From Escherichia coli (GTDB taxonomy: Bacteria; Pseudomonadota; Gammaproteobacteria; Enterobacterales; Enterobacteriaceae), in assembly GCF_001677475.2 (NCBI RefSeq), contig NZ_CP015229.1: a stretch of DNA of 64,000 nucleotides, one strand, 5' to 3'. The stretch's first letter is position 1. Each line of letters opens with the position of its first letter. A program made the translations under genes and the position numbers. This document shows, piece by piece, positions 31,333 to 42,059 of the stretch. The notes below the pieces were generated by a model. The model made no database searches and was not told where the DNA came from. It worked only from the letters and a program-made list of their open reading frames with translations.

Positions 31333-31608
31333 ATGAAAATAATCTCTAAAATGTTAGTCGGTGCGTTAGCGTTTGCCGTTACCAATGTCTATGCCGCAGA
31401 ATTAATGACCAAAGCGGAATTTGAAAAAGTTGAATCGCAGTATGAAAAAATAGGTGATATTTCAACCAGTAATGAAATGTCGACTGCAGATGCAAAAGAA
31501 GATTTAATCAAAAAAGCCGATGAAAAAGGGGCTGATGTGTTGGTACTGACCTCTGGTCAAACTGACAATAAGATCCACGGCACGGCAAATATTTATAAGA
31601 AGAAGTAA
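31333..31608 (+). CDS. yahO: small periplasmic stress protein (DUF1471-like)
   Basis: 91 aa with signal peptide (…[11 protein letters not shown]). Confidence 0.75.
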   Translation: MKIISKMLVGALAFAVTNVYAAELMTKAEFEKVESQYEKIGDISTSNEMSTADAKEDLIKKADEKGADVLVLTSGQTDNKIHGTANIYKKK

Positions 31609-31708
31609 TTCTGAATCCTATGTAAACATCCCCGATGCGTAAGTTTATCGGTGATCATCATCTATTGAAATTTATGCCGGATAAAGCGTTCGCGCTGCAT
31701 TCGGCAGT

Positions 31709-33295
31709 TCAGCTTTTCAGCCGCCGCCAGAACGTCGTCCGGCTGATACCTAAATAATTCGCCGCTGCTGTTTTATCGCCATTAAATTTCTCCAGTGCCT
31801 GTTGTGGTGTCAGTAAGCGTGGAGCGGGAATTTTCGCCGACTCGCGCGCCAGTTCCGGCAGTAGCAGCTGCAAAAATTGCGGCGTTAAATCCGGCGTCGG
31901 TTCCACACTTAAAAACAGCGCCAGTCGCTCCATCATATTGCGCAGTTCTCGAATATTGCCCGGCCAGTCGTAGTGCACCAGCACGGTTTCGCTTGCCTGT
32001 AATCCCTGGCGTAATGCGGAAGAAAACGGGGCAGCAAGTGCAGCCAGAGACACTTTCAAAAAGCTTTCCGCCAGCGGCAGAATATCCGCCACCCGCTCGC
32101 GCAGTGGTGGCAATTGCAGACGCAAAATACTCAGCCGATAAAACAGATCACGGCGAAAACGCCCTTGCTGCATATCTTCTTCCAGATTGCAGTGAGTGGC
32201 GCTAATGACCCGTACATTTACCGGAACAGGCTGATGCCCGCCGACGCGAGTAACCTCTTTTTCTTCCAGCACCCGTAACAGGCGAGTCTGCAACGGCAGC
32301 GGCATTTCGCCAATCTCATCCAAAAACAGCGTGCCACCGTGGGCGATTTCAAACAGCCCGGCACGACCTCCGCGACGCGAGCCGGTAAACGCCCCTTCCT
32401 CATAGCCAAACAGCTCCGCTTCCAGCAGCGATTCGGCTATCGCCCCGCAGTTGACGGCAACAAACGGATGCGACTTTTTGCCCTGTCGCGCATCGTGACG
32501 GGCAAAATATTCCCGATGAATTGCCTGGGCCGCCAGCTCTTTGCCCGTCCCCGTTTCCCCCTCAATCAACACCGCCGCACTGGAGCGGGCATACAGCAAA
32601 ATAGTCTGCCGCACCTGTTCCATCTGTGGTGATTGACCGAGCATATCGCCCAGCACGTAACGAGTACGCAGGGCGTTACGGGTGGCATCGTGAGTGTTAT
32701 GGCGTAACGACATGCGCGTCATATCCAGCGCATCGCTGAACGCCTGGCGCACGGTGGCGGCGGAATAGATAAAAATTCCGGTCATTCCGGCTTCTTCTGC
32801 CAGATCGGTAATCAGCCCCGCGCCGACCACCGCTTCGGTGCCGTTAGCTTTTAGCTCGTTAATCTGCCCGCGTGCGTCTTCCTCGGTAATGTAGCTACGT
32901 TGGTCGAGGCGCAAATTAAAGGTTTTTTGAAACGCCACCAGCGCTGGAATGGTTTCCTGATAAGTGACAACGCCGATAGAAGAGGTGAGTTTTCCGGCTT
33001 TTGCCAGTGCCTGTAACACATCGTAGCCGCTCGGTTTAATCAAAATAACTGGCACTGACAGGCGGCTTTTCAGATACGCGCCGTTAGAGCCAGCCGCGAT
33101 GATGGCGTCGCAGCGTTCGTTTGCCAGTTTCTTGCGGATATAGGTCACTGCTTTTTCAAAGCCAAGCTGGATAGGGGTAATGTTCGCCAGGTGATCAAAC
33201 TCGAGGCTGATATCGCGAAACAGCTCGAACAGGCGCGTCACCGATACCGTCCAGATAACCGGTTTGTCGTCATTAAGCCGTGGTGGATGTGCCAT
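31709..33295 (-). CDS. prpR: sigma54-dependent activator of the propionate operon
   Basis: 528 aa from [11 protein letters not shown]; AAA+ sigma54-interaction domain ([21 protein letters not shown]) and C-terminal HTH; divergent from prpB. Confidence 0.9.
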   Translation of the reverse strand: MAHPPRLNDDKPVIWTVSVTRLFELFRDISLEFDHLANITPIQLGFEKAVTYIRKKLANERCDAIIAAGSNGAYLKSRLSVPVILIKPSGYDVLQALAKAGKLTSSIGVVTYQETIPALVAFQKTFNLRLDQRSYITEEDARGQINELKANGTEAVVGAGLITDLAEEAGMTGIFIYSAATVRQAFSDALDMTRMSLRHNTHDATRNALRTRYVLGDMLGQSPQMEQVRQTILLYARSSAAVLIEGETGTGKELAAQAIHREYFARHDARQGKKSHPFVAVNCGAIAESLLEAELFGYEEGAFTGSRRGGRAGLFEIAHGGTLFLDEIGEMPLPLQTRLLRVLEEKEVTRVGGHQPVPVNVRVISATHCNLEEDMQQGRFRRDLFYRLSILRLQLPPLRERVADILPLAESFLKVSLAALAAPFSSALRQGLQASETVLVHYDWPGNIRELRNMMERLALFLSVEPTPDLTPQFLQLLLPELARESAKIPAPRLLTPQQALEKFNGDKTAAANYLGISRTTFWRRLKS

Positions 33296-33472
33296 AGCGC
33301 ACCGCAAAGTTAAGAAACCGAATATTGGGTTTAGTCTTGTTTCATAATTGTTGCAATGAAACGCGGTGAAACATTGCCTGAAACGTTAACTGAAACGCAT
33401 ATTTGCGGATTACTTCATGACTTTATTTATAACAAATTGAAATTAAACATTTAATTTTATTCAGTCAATTGT

Positions 33473-33488
33473 GGCACACCCCTTGCTT
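33473..33488 (+). promoter_or_regulatory. sigma54 (-24/-12) promoter of prpBCDE
   Basis: Exact TGGCAC-N5-TTGC match (TGGCACACCCCTTGCT) ~45 bp upstream of prpB. Confidence 0.7.
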
Positions 33489-33533
33489 TGTCTTTATCAA
33501 CGCAAATAACAAGTTGATAACAAAGGATGGGCT

Positions 33534-34424
33534 ATGTCTCTACACTCTCCAGGTAAAGCGTTTCGCGCTGCACTGTCTAAAGAAAATCCATTGCAGATTG
33601 TTGGCACCATTAACGCCAACCATGCGCTGTTGGCGCAGCGTGCCGGATATCAGGCAATTTATCTCTCCGGCGGTGGCGTGGCGGCAGGGTCGCTGGGGCT
33701 GCCCGATCTCGGTATTTCTACTCTTGATGACGTGCTGACAGATATTCGGCGTATCACCGACGTTTGTTCGCTGCCGCTGCTGGTGGATGCGGATATCGGT
33801 TTTGGTTCTTCTGCTTTTAACGTGGCGCGCACCGTGAAATCGATGATTAAAGCCGGTGCGGCAGGATTGCATATTGAAGATCAGGTTGGTGCGAAACGCT
33901 GCGGTCATCGTCCGAACAAAGCGATCGTCTCGAAAGAGGAGATGGTGGATCGGATCCGCGCGGCGGTGGATGCGAAAACCGATCCTGATTTTGTGATCAT
34001 GGCGCGCACCGATGCGCTGGCGGTAGAGGGGCTGGATGCGGCGATTGAGCGTGCGCAGGCCTATGTTGAAGCGGGTGCCGAGATGTTGTTCCCGGAGGCG
34101 ATTACCGAACTCGCCATGTACCGCCAGTTTGCCGATGCGGTGCAGGTGCCGATCCTCGCCAACATCACCGAATTTGGCGCAACACCGCTGTTTACCACCG
34201 ACGAATTACGCAGCGCCCATGTCGCAATGGCGCTGTACCCACTTTCAGCGTTCCGCGCCATGAACCGCGCCGCTGAGCATGTCTACAACGTCCTGCGTCA
34301 GGAAGGGACGCAGAAAAGCGTCATCGACACCATGCAGACCCGCAACGAGCTGTACGAAAGCATCAACTACTACCAGTACGAAGAGAAGCTCGACGACCTG
34401 TTTGCCCGTAGCCAGGTGAAATAA
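33534..34424 (+). CDS. prpB: 2-methylisocitrate lyase
   Basis: 296 aa; isocitrate-lyase/PEP-mutase family; first gene of the prp operon. Confidence 0.9.
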   Translation: MSLHSPGKAFRAALSKENPLQIVGTINANHALLAQRAGYQAIYLSGGGVAAGSLGLPDLGISTLDDVLTDIRRITDVCSLPLLVDADIGFGSSAFNVARTVKSMIKAGAAGLHIEDQVGAKRCGHRPNKAIVSKEEMVDRIRAAVDAKTDPDFVIMARTDALAVEGLDAAIERAQAYVEAGAEMLFPEAITELAMYRQFADAVQVPILANITEFGATPLFTTDELRSAHVAMALYPLSAFRAMNRAAEHVYNVLRQEGTQKSVIDTMQTRNELYESINYYQYEEKLDDLFARSQVK

Positions 34425-34468
34425 AACACAACGAAAAATATCTCGACCCTACAAATGACGAGGACAAC

Positions 34469-35638
34469 ATGAGCGACACAACGATCCTGCAAAACAGTAC
34501 CCATGTCATTAAACCGAAAAAATCGGTAGCACTTTCTGGCGTTCCGGCGGGCAATACGGCGCTCTGCACCGTGGGTAAAAGTGGCAATGACCTGCATTAC
34601 CGTGGCTACGATATTCTTGATCTGGCGGAACATTGCGAATTTGAAGAAGTGGCGCACCTGCTGATCCACGGCAAACTGCCGACCCGTGACGAACTCGCCG
34701 CTTACAAAACGAAACTAAAAGCCCTACGTGGCTTACCGGCTAACGTGCGTACTGTACTGGAGGCTTTACCTGCGGCGTCACATCCGATGGATGTCATGCG
34801 CACCGGCGTTTCCGCGCTCGGCTGCACACTGCCGGAAAAAGAGGGGCACACCGTCTCTGGTGCGCGGGATATTGCCGACAAACTGTTGGCGTCACTTAGC
34901 TCGATTCTTCTCTATTGGTATCACTATAGCCACAACGGCGAACGCATCCAGCCGGAAACTGATGACGATTCCATCGGCGGTCACTTCCTGCATCTGCTGC
35001 ATGGCGAAAAGCCATCGCAAAGCTGGGAAAAGGCGATGCATATTTCACTGGTGCTGTACGCCGAGCACGAGTTTAACGCCTCCACTTTTACCAGCCGGGT
35101 GATTGCGGGCACCGGCTCTGACATGTATTCAGCCATTATCGGCGCGATTGGCGCACTGCGCGGGCCGAAACACGGTGGGGCGAATGAAGTGTCGCTGGAG
35201 ATCCAACAACGCTACGAAACGCCGGACGAAGCCGAAGCAGATATCCGCAAACGCGTGGAAAACAAAGAAGTGGTCATTGGTTTTGGTCATCCGGTTTATA
35301 CCATCGCCGACCCGCGTCATCAGGTGATCAAACGCGTGGCGAAGCAGCTCTCGCAGGAAGGCGGCTCGCTGAAGATGTACAACATCGCCGATCGTCTGGA
35401 AACGGTGATGTGGGAGAGCAAAAAGATGTTCCCCAATCTCGACTGGTTCTCCGCTGTTTCCTACAACATGATGGGGGTTCCCACCGAGATGTTCACCCCA
35501 CTGTTTGTTATCGCCCGCGTCACTGGCTGGGCGGCGCACATCATTGAACAACGTCAGGACAACAAAATTATCCGTCCTTCCGCCAATTACGTTGGCCCGG
35601 AAGACCGCCAGTTTGTCGCGCTGGATAAGCGCCAGTAA
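34469..35638 (+). CDS. prpC: 2-methylcitrate synthase
   Basis: 389 aa; citrate-synthase family (GFGHPVYT motif). Confidence 0.9.
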   Translation: MSDTTILQNSTHVIKPKKSVALSGVPAGNTALCTVGKSGNDLHYRGYDILDLAEHCEFEEVAHLLIHGKLPTRDELAAYKTKLKALRGLPANVRTVLEALPAASHPMDVMRTGVSALGCTLPEKEGHTVSGARDIADKLLASLSSILLYWYHYSHNGERIQPETDDDSIGGHFLHLLHGEKPSQSWEKAMHISLVLYAEHEFNASTFTSRVIAGTGSDMYSAIIGAIGALRGPKHGGANEVSLEIQQRYETPDEAEADIRKRVENKEVVIGFGHPVYTIADPRHQVIKRVAKQLSQEGGSLKMYNIADRLETVMWESKKMFPNLDWFSAVSYNMMGVPTEMFTPLFVIARVTGWAAHIIEQRQDNKIIRPSANYVGPEDRQFVALDKRQ

Positions 35639-35671
35639 ACCTCTACGAATAACAATAAGGAAACGTACCCA

Positions 35672-37123
35672 ATGTCAGCTCAAATCAACAACATCCGCCC
35701 GGAATTTGATCGTGAAATCGTTGATATCGTCGATTACGTGATGAACTACGAAATCAGCTCCAAAGTAGCCTACGACACCGCACATTACTGCCTGCTCGAC
35801 ACTCTCGGCTGCGGTCTTGAAGCCCTTGAATACCCGGCCTGTAAAAAACTGCTGGGGCCAATTGTTCCTGGCACCGTCGTACCTAACGGCGTGCGCGTCC
35901 CCGGAACTCAGTTCCAGCTCGACCCCGTCCAGGCGGCATTTAACATCGGCGCGATGATCCGTTGGCTCGATTTCAACGATACCTGGCTGGCGGCGGAGTG
36001 GGGCCATCCTTCCGACAACCTCGGCGGCATTCTGGCAACGGCGGACTGGCTTTCGCGCAACGCGGTCGCCAGCGGCAAAGCGCCGTTGACCATGAAACAG
36101 GTGCTGACCGGAATGATCAAAGCCCATGAAATTCAGGGCTGCATCGCGCTGGAAAACTCCTTTAACCGCGTCGGCCTCGACCACGTTCTGTTAGTGAAAG
36201 TGGCTTCCACCGCCGTGGTCGCCGAAATGCTCGGCCTGACCCGCGAGGAAATTCTCAACGCTGTTTCGCTGGCGTGGGTGGACGGTCAGTCGCTGCGCAC
36301 CTATCGCCATGCGCCGAACACCGGCACGCGTAAATCCTGGGCGGCGGGCGATGCCACTTCCCGCGCGGTACGTCTGGCACTGATGGCGAAAACGGGCGAA
36401 ATGGGTTACCCGTCAGCCCTGACTGCGCCTGTGTGGGGCTTCTACGACGTCTCCTTTAAAGGTGAATCGTTCCGCTTCCAGCGCCCGTACGGTTCTTACG
36501 TCATGGAAAATGTGCTGTTCAAAATCTCCTTCCCAGCGGAGTTCCACTCCCAGACGGCAGTTGAAGCGGCGATGACGCTCTATGAACAGATGCAGGCAGC
36601 AGGCAAAACGGCGGCGGATATCGAAAAAGTGACCATTCGCACCCACGAAGCCTGTATTCGCATCATCGACAAAAAAGGACCGCTCAATAACCCGGCTGAC
36701 CGCGACCACTGCATTCAGTACATGGTGGCGATCCCGCTGCTATTCGGGCGCTTAACGGCGGCAGATTACGAAGACAACGTTGCGCAAGATAAACGCATTG
36801 ACGCCCTGCGCGAGAAGATCAATTGCTTTGAAGATCCGGCATTTACTGCTGACTACCACGACCCGGAAAAACGCGCCATCGCCAATGCCATTACCCTTGA
36901 GTTCACCGACGGCACACGATTTGAAGAAGTGGTGGTGGAGTACCCAATTGGTCATGCTCGCCGCCGTCAGGATGGTATTCCGAAACTGGTCGATAAATTC
37001 AAAATCAATCTCGCGCGCCAGTTCCCGACTCGCCAACAGCAGCGCATTCTGGAGGTTTCTCTCGACAGAACTCGCCTGGAACAGATGCCGGTCAATGAGT
37101 ATCTCGACCTGTACGTCATTTAA
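35672..37123 (+). CDS. prpD: 2-methylcitrate dehydratase
   Basis: 483 aa; MmgE/PrpD family; operon position. Confidence 0.9.
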   Translation: MSAQINNIRPEFDREIVDIVDYVMNYEISSKVAYDTAHYCLLDTLGCGLEALEYPACKKLLGPIVPGTVVPNGVRVPGTQFQLDPVQAAFNIGAMIRWLDFNDTWLAAEWGHPSDNLGGILATADWLSRNAVASGKAPLTMKQVLTGMIKAHEIQGCIALENSFNRVGLDHVLLVKVASTAVVAEMLGLTREEILNAVSLAWVDGQSLRTYRHAPNTGTRKSWAAGDATSRAVRLALMAKTGEMGYPSALTAPVWGFYDVSFKGESFRFQRPYGSYVMENVLFKISFPAEFHSQTAVEAAMTLYEQMQAAGKTAADIEKVTIRTHEACIRIIDKKGPLNNPADRDHCIQYMVAIPLLFGRLTAADYEDNVAQDKRIDALREKINCFEDPAFTADYHDPEKRAIANAITLEFTDGTRFEEVVVEYPIGHARRRQDGIPKLVDKFKINLARQFPTRQQQRILEVSLDRTRLEQMPVNEYLDLYVI

Positions 37124-37162
37124 GCAAACAGCGGTAAGGCGTAAGTTCAACAGGAGAGCATT

Positions 37163-39049
37163 ATGTCTTTTAGCGAATTTTATCAGCGTTCGATTAACGA
37201 ACCGGAGAAGTTCTGGGCCGAGCAGGCCCGGCGTATTGACTGGCAGACGCCCTTTACGCAAACGCTCGATCACAGCAATCCGCCGTTTGCCCGTTGGTTT
37301 TGTGAAGGCCGAACCAACTTGTGCCACAACGCTATCGACCGCTGGCTGGAGAAACAGCCAGAGGCGCTGGCGCTGATTGCCGTCTCTTCGGAAACAGAAG
37401 AAGAGCGCACCTTTACCTTCCGCCAGTTACATGACGAAGTGAATGCGGTGGCCTCAATGCTGCGCTCGCTGGGTGTGCAGCGCGGCGATCGGGTGCTGGT
37501 GTATATGCCGATGATTGCCGAAGCACATATTACTCTGCTGGCTTGCGCGCGCATTGGCGCTATTCACTCGGTGGTGTTTGGGGGATTTGCCTCGCACAGC
37601 GTGGCGGCGCGAATTGATGATGCTAAACCGGTGCTGATTGTCTCGGCTGATGCCGGAGCGCGCGGTGGCAAAATCATTCCCTATAAAAAATTGCTCGACG
37701 ATGCGATAAGTCAGGCGCAGCACCAGCCACGCCATGTTTTGCTGGTGGATCGCGGGCTGGCGAAAATGGCACGCGTCAGCGGGCGGGATGTCGATTTCGC
37801 GTCGTTGCGCCATCAACACATCGGCGCGCGGGTACCGGTGGCGTGGCTGGAATCCAATGAAACCTCCTGCATTCTCTACACCTCCGGCACGACCGGCAAA
37901 CCTAAAGGCGTGCAGCGTGACGTTGGCGGATATGCGGTGGCGCTGGCGACCTCGATGGACACCATTTTTGGCGGCAAAGCGGGCGGTGTGTTCTTTTGTG
38001 CTTCGGATATCGGCTGGGTGGTGGGGCATTCGTATATCGTCTACGCGCCGCTGCTGGCGGGGATGGCGACTATCGTTTACGAAGGATTACCGACCTGGCC
38101 GGACTGCGGCGTGTGGTGGAAAATCGTCGAGAAATATCAGGTTAGCCGGATGTTCTCAGCGCCGACCGCCATTCGCGTGCTGAAAAAATTCCCTACCGCT
38201 GAAATTCGCAAACACGATCTTTCGTCGCTGGAAGTGCTCTATCTGGCGGGAGAACCGCTGGACGAGCCGACCGCCAGTTGGGTGAGCAATACGCTGGATG
38301 TGCCGGTCATCGACAACTACTGGCAGACCGAATCCGGCTGGCCGATTATGGCGATTGCTCGTGGTCTGGACGACAGGCCGACGCGGCTGGGAAGCCCCGG
38401 CGTGCCGATGTATGGCTACAACGTGCAGTTGCTCAATGAAGTCACTGGTGAGCCGTGTGGTGTCAATGAGAAAGGGATGCTGGTGGTGGAAGGACCATTG
38501 CCGCCGGGCTGTATTCAGACCATCTGGGGCGATGACGACCGCTTTGTGAAGACTTACTGGTCGCTGTTTTCCCGTCCGGTTTACGCCACGTTTGACTGGG
38601 GTATCCGCGACGCTGACGGTTATCACTTTATTCTCGGGCGTACCGACGATGTGATTAACGTTGCCGGGCATCGGCTGGGAACGCGCGAGATTGAAGAGAG
38701 TATTTCCAGTCATCCGGGCGTTGCCGAAGTGGCGGTGGTTGGGGTGAAAGATGCGCTGAAAGGGCAGGTGGCGGTGGCGTTTGTCATTCCGAAAGAGAGC
38801 GATAGTCTGGAAGACCGCGACGTGGCGCACTCGCAAGAGAAGGCGATTATGGCGCTGGTGGACAGCCAGATTGGCAACTTTGGCCGCCCGGCGCACGTCT
38901 GGTTTGTCTCGCAATTGCCGAAAACGAGATCCGGAAAAATGCTGCGCCGCACGATCCAGGCGATTTGCGAAGGACGCGATCCGGGGGATCTGACAACCAT
39001 TGATGATCCTGCGTCGTTGGATCAGATCCGCCAGGCGATGGAAGAGTAA
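37163..39049 (+). CDS. prpE: propionyl-CoA synthetase
   Basis: 628 aa; acyl-CoA synthetase AMP-binding motif (YTSGTTGKPKG). Confidence 0.9.
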   Translation: MSFSEFYQRSINEPEKFWAEQARRIDWQTPFTQTLDHSNPPFARWFCEGRTNLCHNAIDRWLEKQPEALALIAVSSETEEERTFTFRQLHDEVNAVASMLRSLGVQRGDRVLVYMPMIAEAHITLLACARIGAIHSVVFGGFASHSVAARIDDAKPVLIVSADAGARGGKIIPYKKLLDDAISQAQHQPRHVLLVDRGLAKMARVSGRDVDFASLRHQHIGARVPVAWLESNETSCILYTSGTTGKPKGVQRDVGGYAVALATSMDTIFGGKAGGVFFCASDIGWVVGHSYIVYAPLLAGMATIVYEGLPTWPDCGVWWKIVEKYQVSRMFSAPTAIRVLKKFPTAEIRKHDLSSLEVLYLAGEPLDEPTASWVSNTLDVPVIDNYWQTESGWPIMAIARGLDDRPTRLGSPGVPMYGYNVQLLNEVTGEPCGVNEKGMLVVEGPLPPGCIQTIWGDDDRFVKTYWSLFSRPVYATFDWGIRDADGYHFILGRTDDVINVAGHRLGTREIEESISSHPGVAEVAVVGVKDALKGQVAVAFVIPKESDSLEDRDVAHSQEKAIMALVDSQIGNFGRPAHVWFVSQLPKTRSGKMLRRTIQAICEGRDPGDLTTIDDPASLDQIRQAMEE

Positions 39050-39320
39050 AGTATTGTCGGATGCGTCGCGCGCCGCATCCGACACCATGCGCAGATGCCT
39101 GATGCGACGCTGGCGCGTCTTATCATGCCTACAGGTCTGAACCGTAGGTCGGATAAGGCGCTCGCGCCGCATCCGACACCGTGCGCAGATGCCTGATGCG
39201 ACGCTGGCGCGTCTTATCATGCCTACAAGTCTGAACCGTAGGTCGGATAAGGCGCTCGCGCCGCATCCGACACCGTGCGCAGATGCCTGATGCGACGCTG
39301 GCGCGTCTTATCATGCCTAC
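39050..39320. repeat. REP/BIME array (three tandem ~119-bp units)
   Basis: Three near-identical copies of ...GCCGCATCCGACACCGTGCGCAGATGCCTGATGCGACGCTGGCGCGTCTTATCATGCCTAC... after prpE. Confidence 0.75.
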
Positions 39321-39472
39321 CCACTGTTTTTACACCGATAATTTTTCCCCCACCTTTTTGCGCTCATTCATATAAAAAATATATTTCCCCACGGAAACGA
39401 TTGCTTTTTATTTTCAGATGAATAGAATGCGGCGGATTTTTTGGGTTTCAAACAGCAAAAAGGGGGAATTTC

Positions 39473-39836
39473 GTGTCGCAAGATAACAACTTTAGCCAGG
39501 GGCCAGTCCCGCAGTCGGCGCGGAAAGGGGTATTGGCATTGACGTTCGTCATGCTGGGATTAACCTTCTTTTCCGCCAGTATGTGGACCGGCGGCACTCT
39601 CGGAACCGGTCTTAGCTATCATGATTTCTTCCTCGCAGTTCTCATCGGTAATCTTCTCCTCGGTATTTACACTTCATTTCTTGGTTACATTGGCGCAAAA
39701 ACCGGCCTGACCACTCATCTTCTTGCTCGCTTCTCGTTTGGTGTTAAAGGCTCATGGCTGCCTTCACTGCTGCTGGGCGGCACCCAGGTTGGCTGGTTTG
39801 GCGTTGGCGTGGCGATGTTTGCTATTCCGGTGGGCA
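39473..39836 (+). pseudogene. codB: cytosine permease CodB, 5' fragment (first ~121 codons) cut by element insertion
   Basis: Frame MSQDNNFSQGPVPQSARKG... matches the CodB N-terminus up to ...AIPVG, then diverges into element sequence and stops. Confidence 0.85.
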
Positions 39837-39921
39837 CCACATAGGTCAATACCACCACAATAAAATTTTCCAATAAAAAAGCCCCATCACAAGGACAGGG
39901 CTATAGAATCAATTACTTACA

Positions 39922-40227
39922 TCACTTAATGTCTTTCATTCTACGAATACGCGCGCTTGCTTCGGATAGTTCTTCCAGTGTTACGTGATGTGCAAGCATA
40001 TAGACAGGAGTCGGATCGAATCCCTCGTGAGTATTGATCAGATGACTATTCCCGCCTTTAAACTCATCCTGTCCATCCCATATAGCGTACACGTCATCTT
40101 CTGCTACATAGATAATCAATCCAATAGGGGAGTCAGTAAGCTGGAAGATGCAGCCAGTAGAATCAATGCGATGTTCCCGAACGTCATCAACAGTTTCAAA
40201 GTCAATCTTAATATCTTTAGTCTTCAT
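39922..40227 (-). CDS. hypothetical protein (att-proximal cargo)
   Basis: 101-aa ORF with a GAGGG SD; no recognisable motif. Confidence 0.5.
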   Translation of the reverse strand: MKTKDIKIDFETVDDVREHRIDSTGCIFQLTDSPIGLIIYVAEDDVYAIWDGQDEFKGGNSHLINTHEGFDPTPVYMLAHHVTLEELSEASARIRRMKDIK

Positions 40228-40527
40228 GATTTGCCCTCGCGTGAAAAATATTTTCGATTATTTATAAAAAAAGACTTGACAAAATCAAAAGGTACTGTTC
40301 CACTGGTGAAATAAAGGGAGTTTTCGGCACCCCGGTTTTTGATGTGCGTGTGAGATTTCAAAACAGGTGCAGTGCAGCCCACCAGCGCGGTCGCTACGCG
40401 ACTATTAACACCCGCCAATCCCTTTCCCCGCCTCGATCTTTCATCTCGTTATAAATCGTTTTAGGCGCTCTCCTGAATGCGCAGATCAGATAAATAATTT
40501 TACGCAAATTTAAAGGAGGATAACCGG

Positions 40528-41079
40528 ATGAAAGAAGAATTAACCCTTACAGAAATTTCCCGCTTATACGGCTATACAATTAACGCCGCTAAGAAATGGC
40601 AAGAACGAGGAATGCCATTTAATACCAATACACGACGCGTACCAGCCAAAGAGGGGACCGAGTGGGTATTAAAAAATATCATCAACCCGCTTAAAGAAAC
40701 TACTGTCAAGGAACAAATCGACGTAGAGAAGTTACGCCGTGAGAGAGCATTAGCGGATGCAGCCGAACGAGAGAACCAGGAAGCAATGAATCTCCTGATT
40801 CCGGTCGGTTATGTAGAACAGGAACTAGCGGAATATTGCGGAAAGGTGAAACAGACTATTTTGCAGATCGCCACAATCGATGCTTTAGAAATTCTTGAAT
40901 CTGCCACTGACCAGAAAACATTGAAGAATAAGCTAAGGGAGATCATCGAGCGTCGTTTAAATGAAGTAGGGGACTTGTTCGAAAATGCGGATTTGGGAGA
41001 AGACGAGGAAGAAGAATTACCATTAATCGATGAACCGGAACAAGAACCAGAAGAAGACGATGAATTTGATGTGTCTTAA
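40528..41079 (+). CDS. Nu1-like terminase small subunit candidate (HTH DNA-binding, acidic C-tail)
   Basis: N-terminus LTLTEISRLYGYTINAAKKWQERGMPF resembles the lambda Nu1 winged-HTH region, followed by EKLRRER and a coiled coil; strong AGGAGG SD. Confidence 0.45.
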   Translation: MKEELTLTEISRLYGYTINAAKKWQERGMPFNTNTRRVPAKEGTEWVLKNIINPLKETTVKEQIDVEKLRRERALADAAERENQEAMNLLIPVGYVEQELAEYCGKVKQTILQIATIDALEILESATDQKTLKNKLREIIERRLNEVGDLFENADLGEDEEEELPLIDEPEQEPEEDDEFDVS

Positions 41080-41177
41080 AACGCGTTATAAATAAATGTA
41101 TGAAAGATGTTGAGCTGGTCAACGTCTACGGGGGGAATCACCCCCCGCTAACCTTTTTCTTATTTGAGGATTTACCT

Positions 41178-41279
41178 ATGGTTGAATTTTTGATTTATCT
41201 GGCTGTAGGATTAACTATCGTATATTCACTGGCACATATTGGCATTTCTACTTTGTGTAACGCTTTCAAGTATCATTAA
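41178..41279 (+). CDS. 33-aa hydrophobic peptide
   Basis: ATG after a GAGGA SD; single predicted TM segment (MVEFLIYLAVGLTIVYSLAHIGISTLCNAFKYH); not in the ORF track (under 60 aa). Confidence 0.3.
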   Translation: MVEFLIYLAVGLTIVYSLAHIGISTLCNAFKYH

Positions 41280-41332
41280 TTAAATCGATGAATTGAACTA
41301 TAGATGATGGTCGTTTTCAAAGAGGATTATCT

Positions 41333-41506
41333 ATGGATCTTTTTGTCTATTTCGCTACTCTGCTGTTTTTGACTATCGTCGCTGGCATTAAATTGATTTT
41401 TATCTCGCTGGTGGTGTTTTTCAAATTTCTAATCGGTACGCCTTACGGCTGGGTATGCTTCTTCTTGTTTATTCTTTTTAGTTGCTGTAAATCAGACACT
41501 AAATAA
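41333..41506 (+). CDS. 57-aa two-TM membrane peptide
   Basis: ATG after an AGAGGA SD; MDLFVYFATLLFLTIVAGIKLIFISLVVFFKFLIGTPYGWVCFFLFILFSCCKSDTK. Confidence 0.35.
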   Translation: MDLFVYFATLLFLTIVAGIKLIFISLVVFFKFLIGTPYGWVCFFLFILFSCCKSDTK

Positions 41507-41665
41507 TATTGTAATCTGCCTTTCTCCTACATGGTTATTAACAGGGAATTTTCGAAAGAGAGTTCCCGATTAAAAGCCATAAAACACACTCCAGTACAGT
41601 GTTTTCATAGTCAGTGATCTATACATCATAAAAACATAACAAGTATAGATTGAGTGTTAATCCTC

Positions 41666-41690
41666 CCGCCCTTCGGGGCGGTTATTTTCT
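41666..41690 (+). terminator. intrinsic terminator (UUCG-tetraloop hairpin plus U-run)
   Basis: CCGCCC-TTCG-GGGCGG followed by TTATTTT. Confidence 0.5.
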
Positions 41691-41767
41691 GGCTTTACTA
41701 GATAATGTAGCATCATGTTCATTATAAACCTCATCTTTGTTGTGCAAACCTAACCTTAACCTAAGTA

Positions 41768-41800
41768 TAGGGAGTCTCTTAAATGGGACTCCCTTTTTTT
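41768..41800 (+). terminator. intrinsic terminator
   Basis: GGGAGTC...GACTCCC hairpin followed by TTTTTTT. Confidence 0.55.
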
Positions 41801-41801
41801 A

Positions 41802-42044
41802 TTATGCAACCACTCGAAGTGTAGGTTTCTTATGTTGTGTAGGTTTATTGCCATTTCGCCACTCAGGAAACACCTGATCCATCATAACCGCGTTAGTTTC
41901 ATCAATCAGCTTTAGAGTCTTTCGTAATGCGGCGTTATCAGCTTTAAGCGATTTAATCTCTGAATCCATCTTAGCCATACGCTCTTTCATGTTGGTAATT
42001 TCTAACATCAGATTACCCAGAAATTCTTTGTTTTGATTAATCAT
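41802..42044 (-). CDS. small coiled-coil protein
   Basis: 80 aa; SD AGGGGTAATT upstream; heptad-rich (MKERMAKMDSEIKSLKADNAALRKTLKL). Confidence 0.5.
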   Translation of the reverse strand: MINQNKEFLGNLMLEITNMKERMAKMDSEIKSLKADNAALRKTLKLIDETNAVMMDQVFPEWRNGNKPTQHKKPTLRVVA

Positions 42045-42059
42045 AGAATTACCCCTCTA

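Noticed and set aside
38156-39314. Minus-strand ORFs of 354 and 61 aa overlapping prpE and the REP array
   Set aside because: Antisense shadow ORFs within a GC-rich, well-supported gene (prpE) and REP units; Arg/Ala-rich low-complexity translations.
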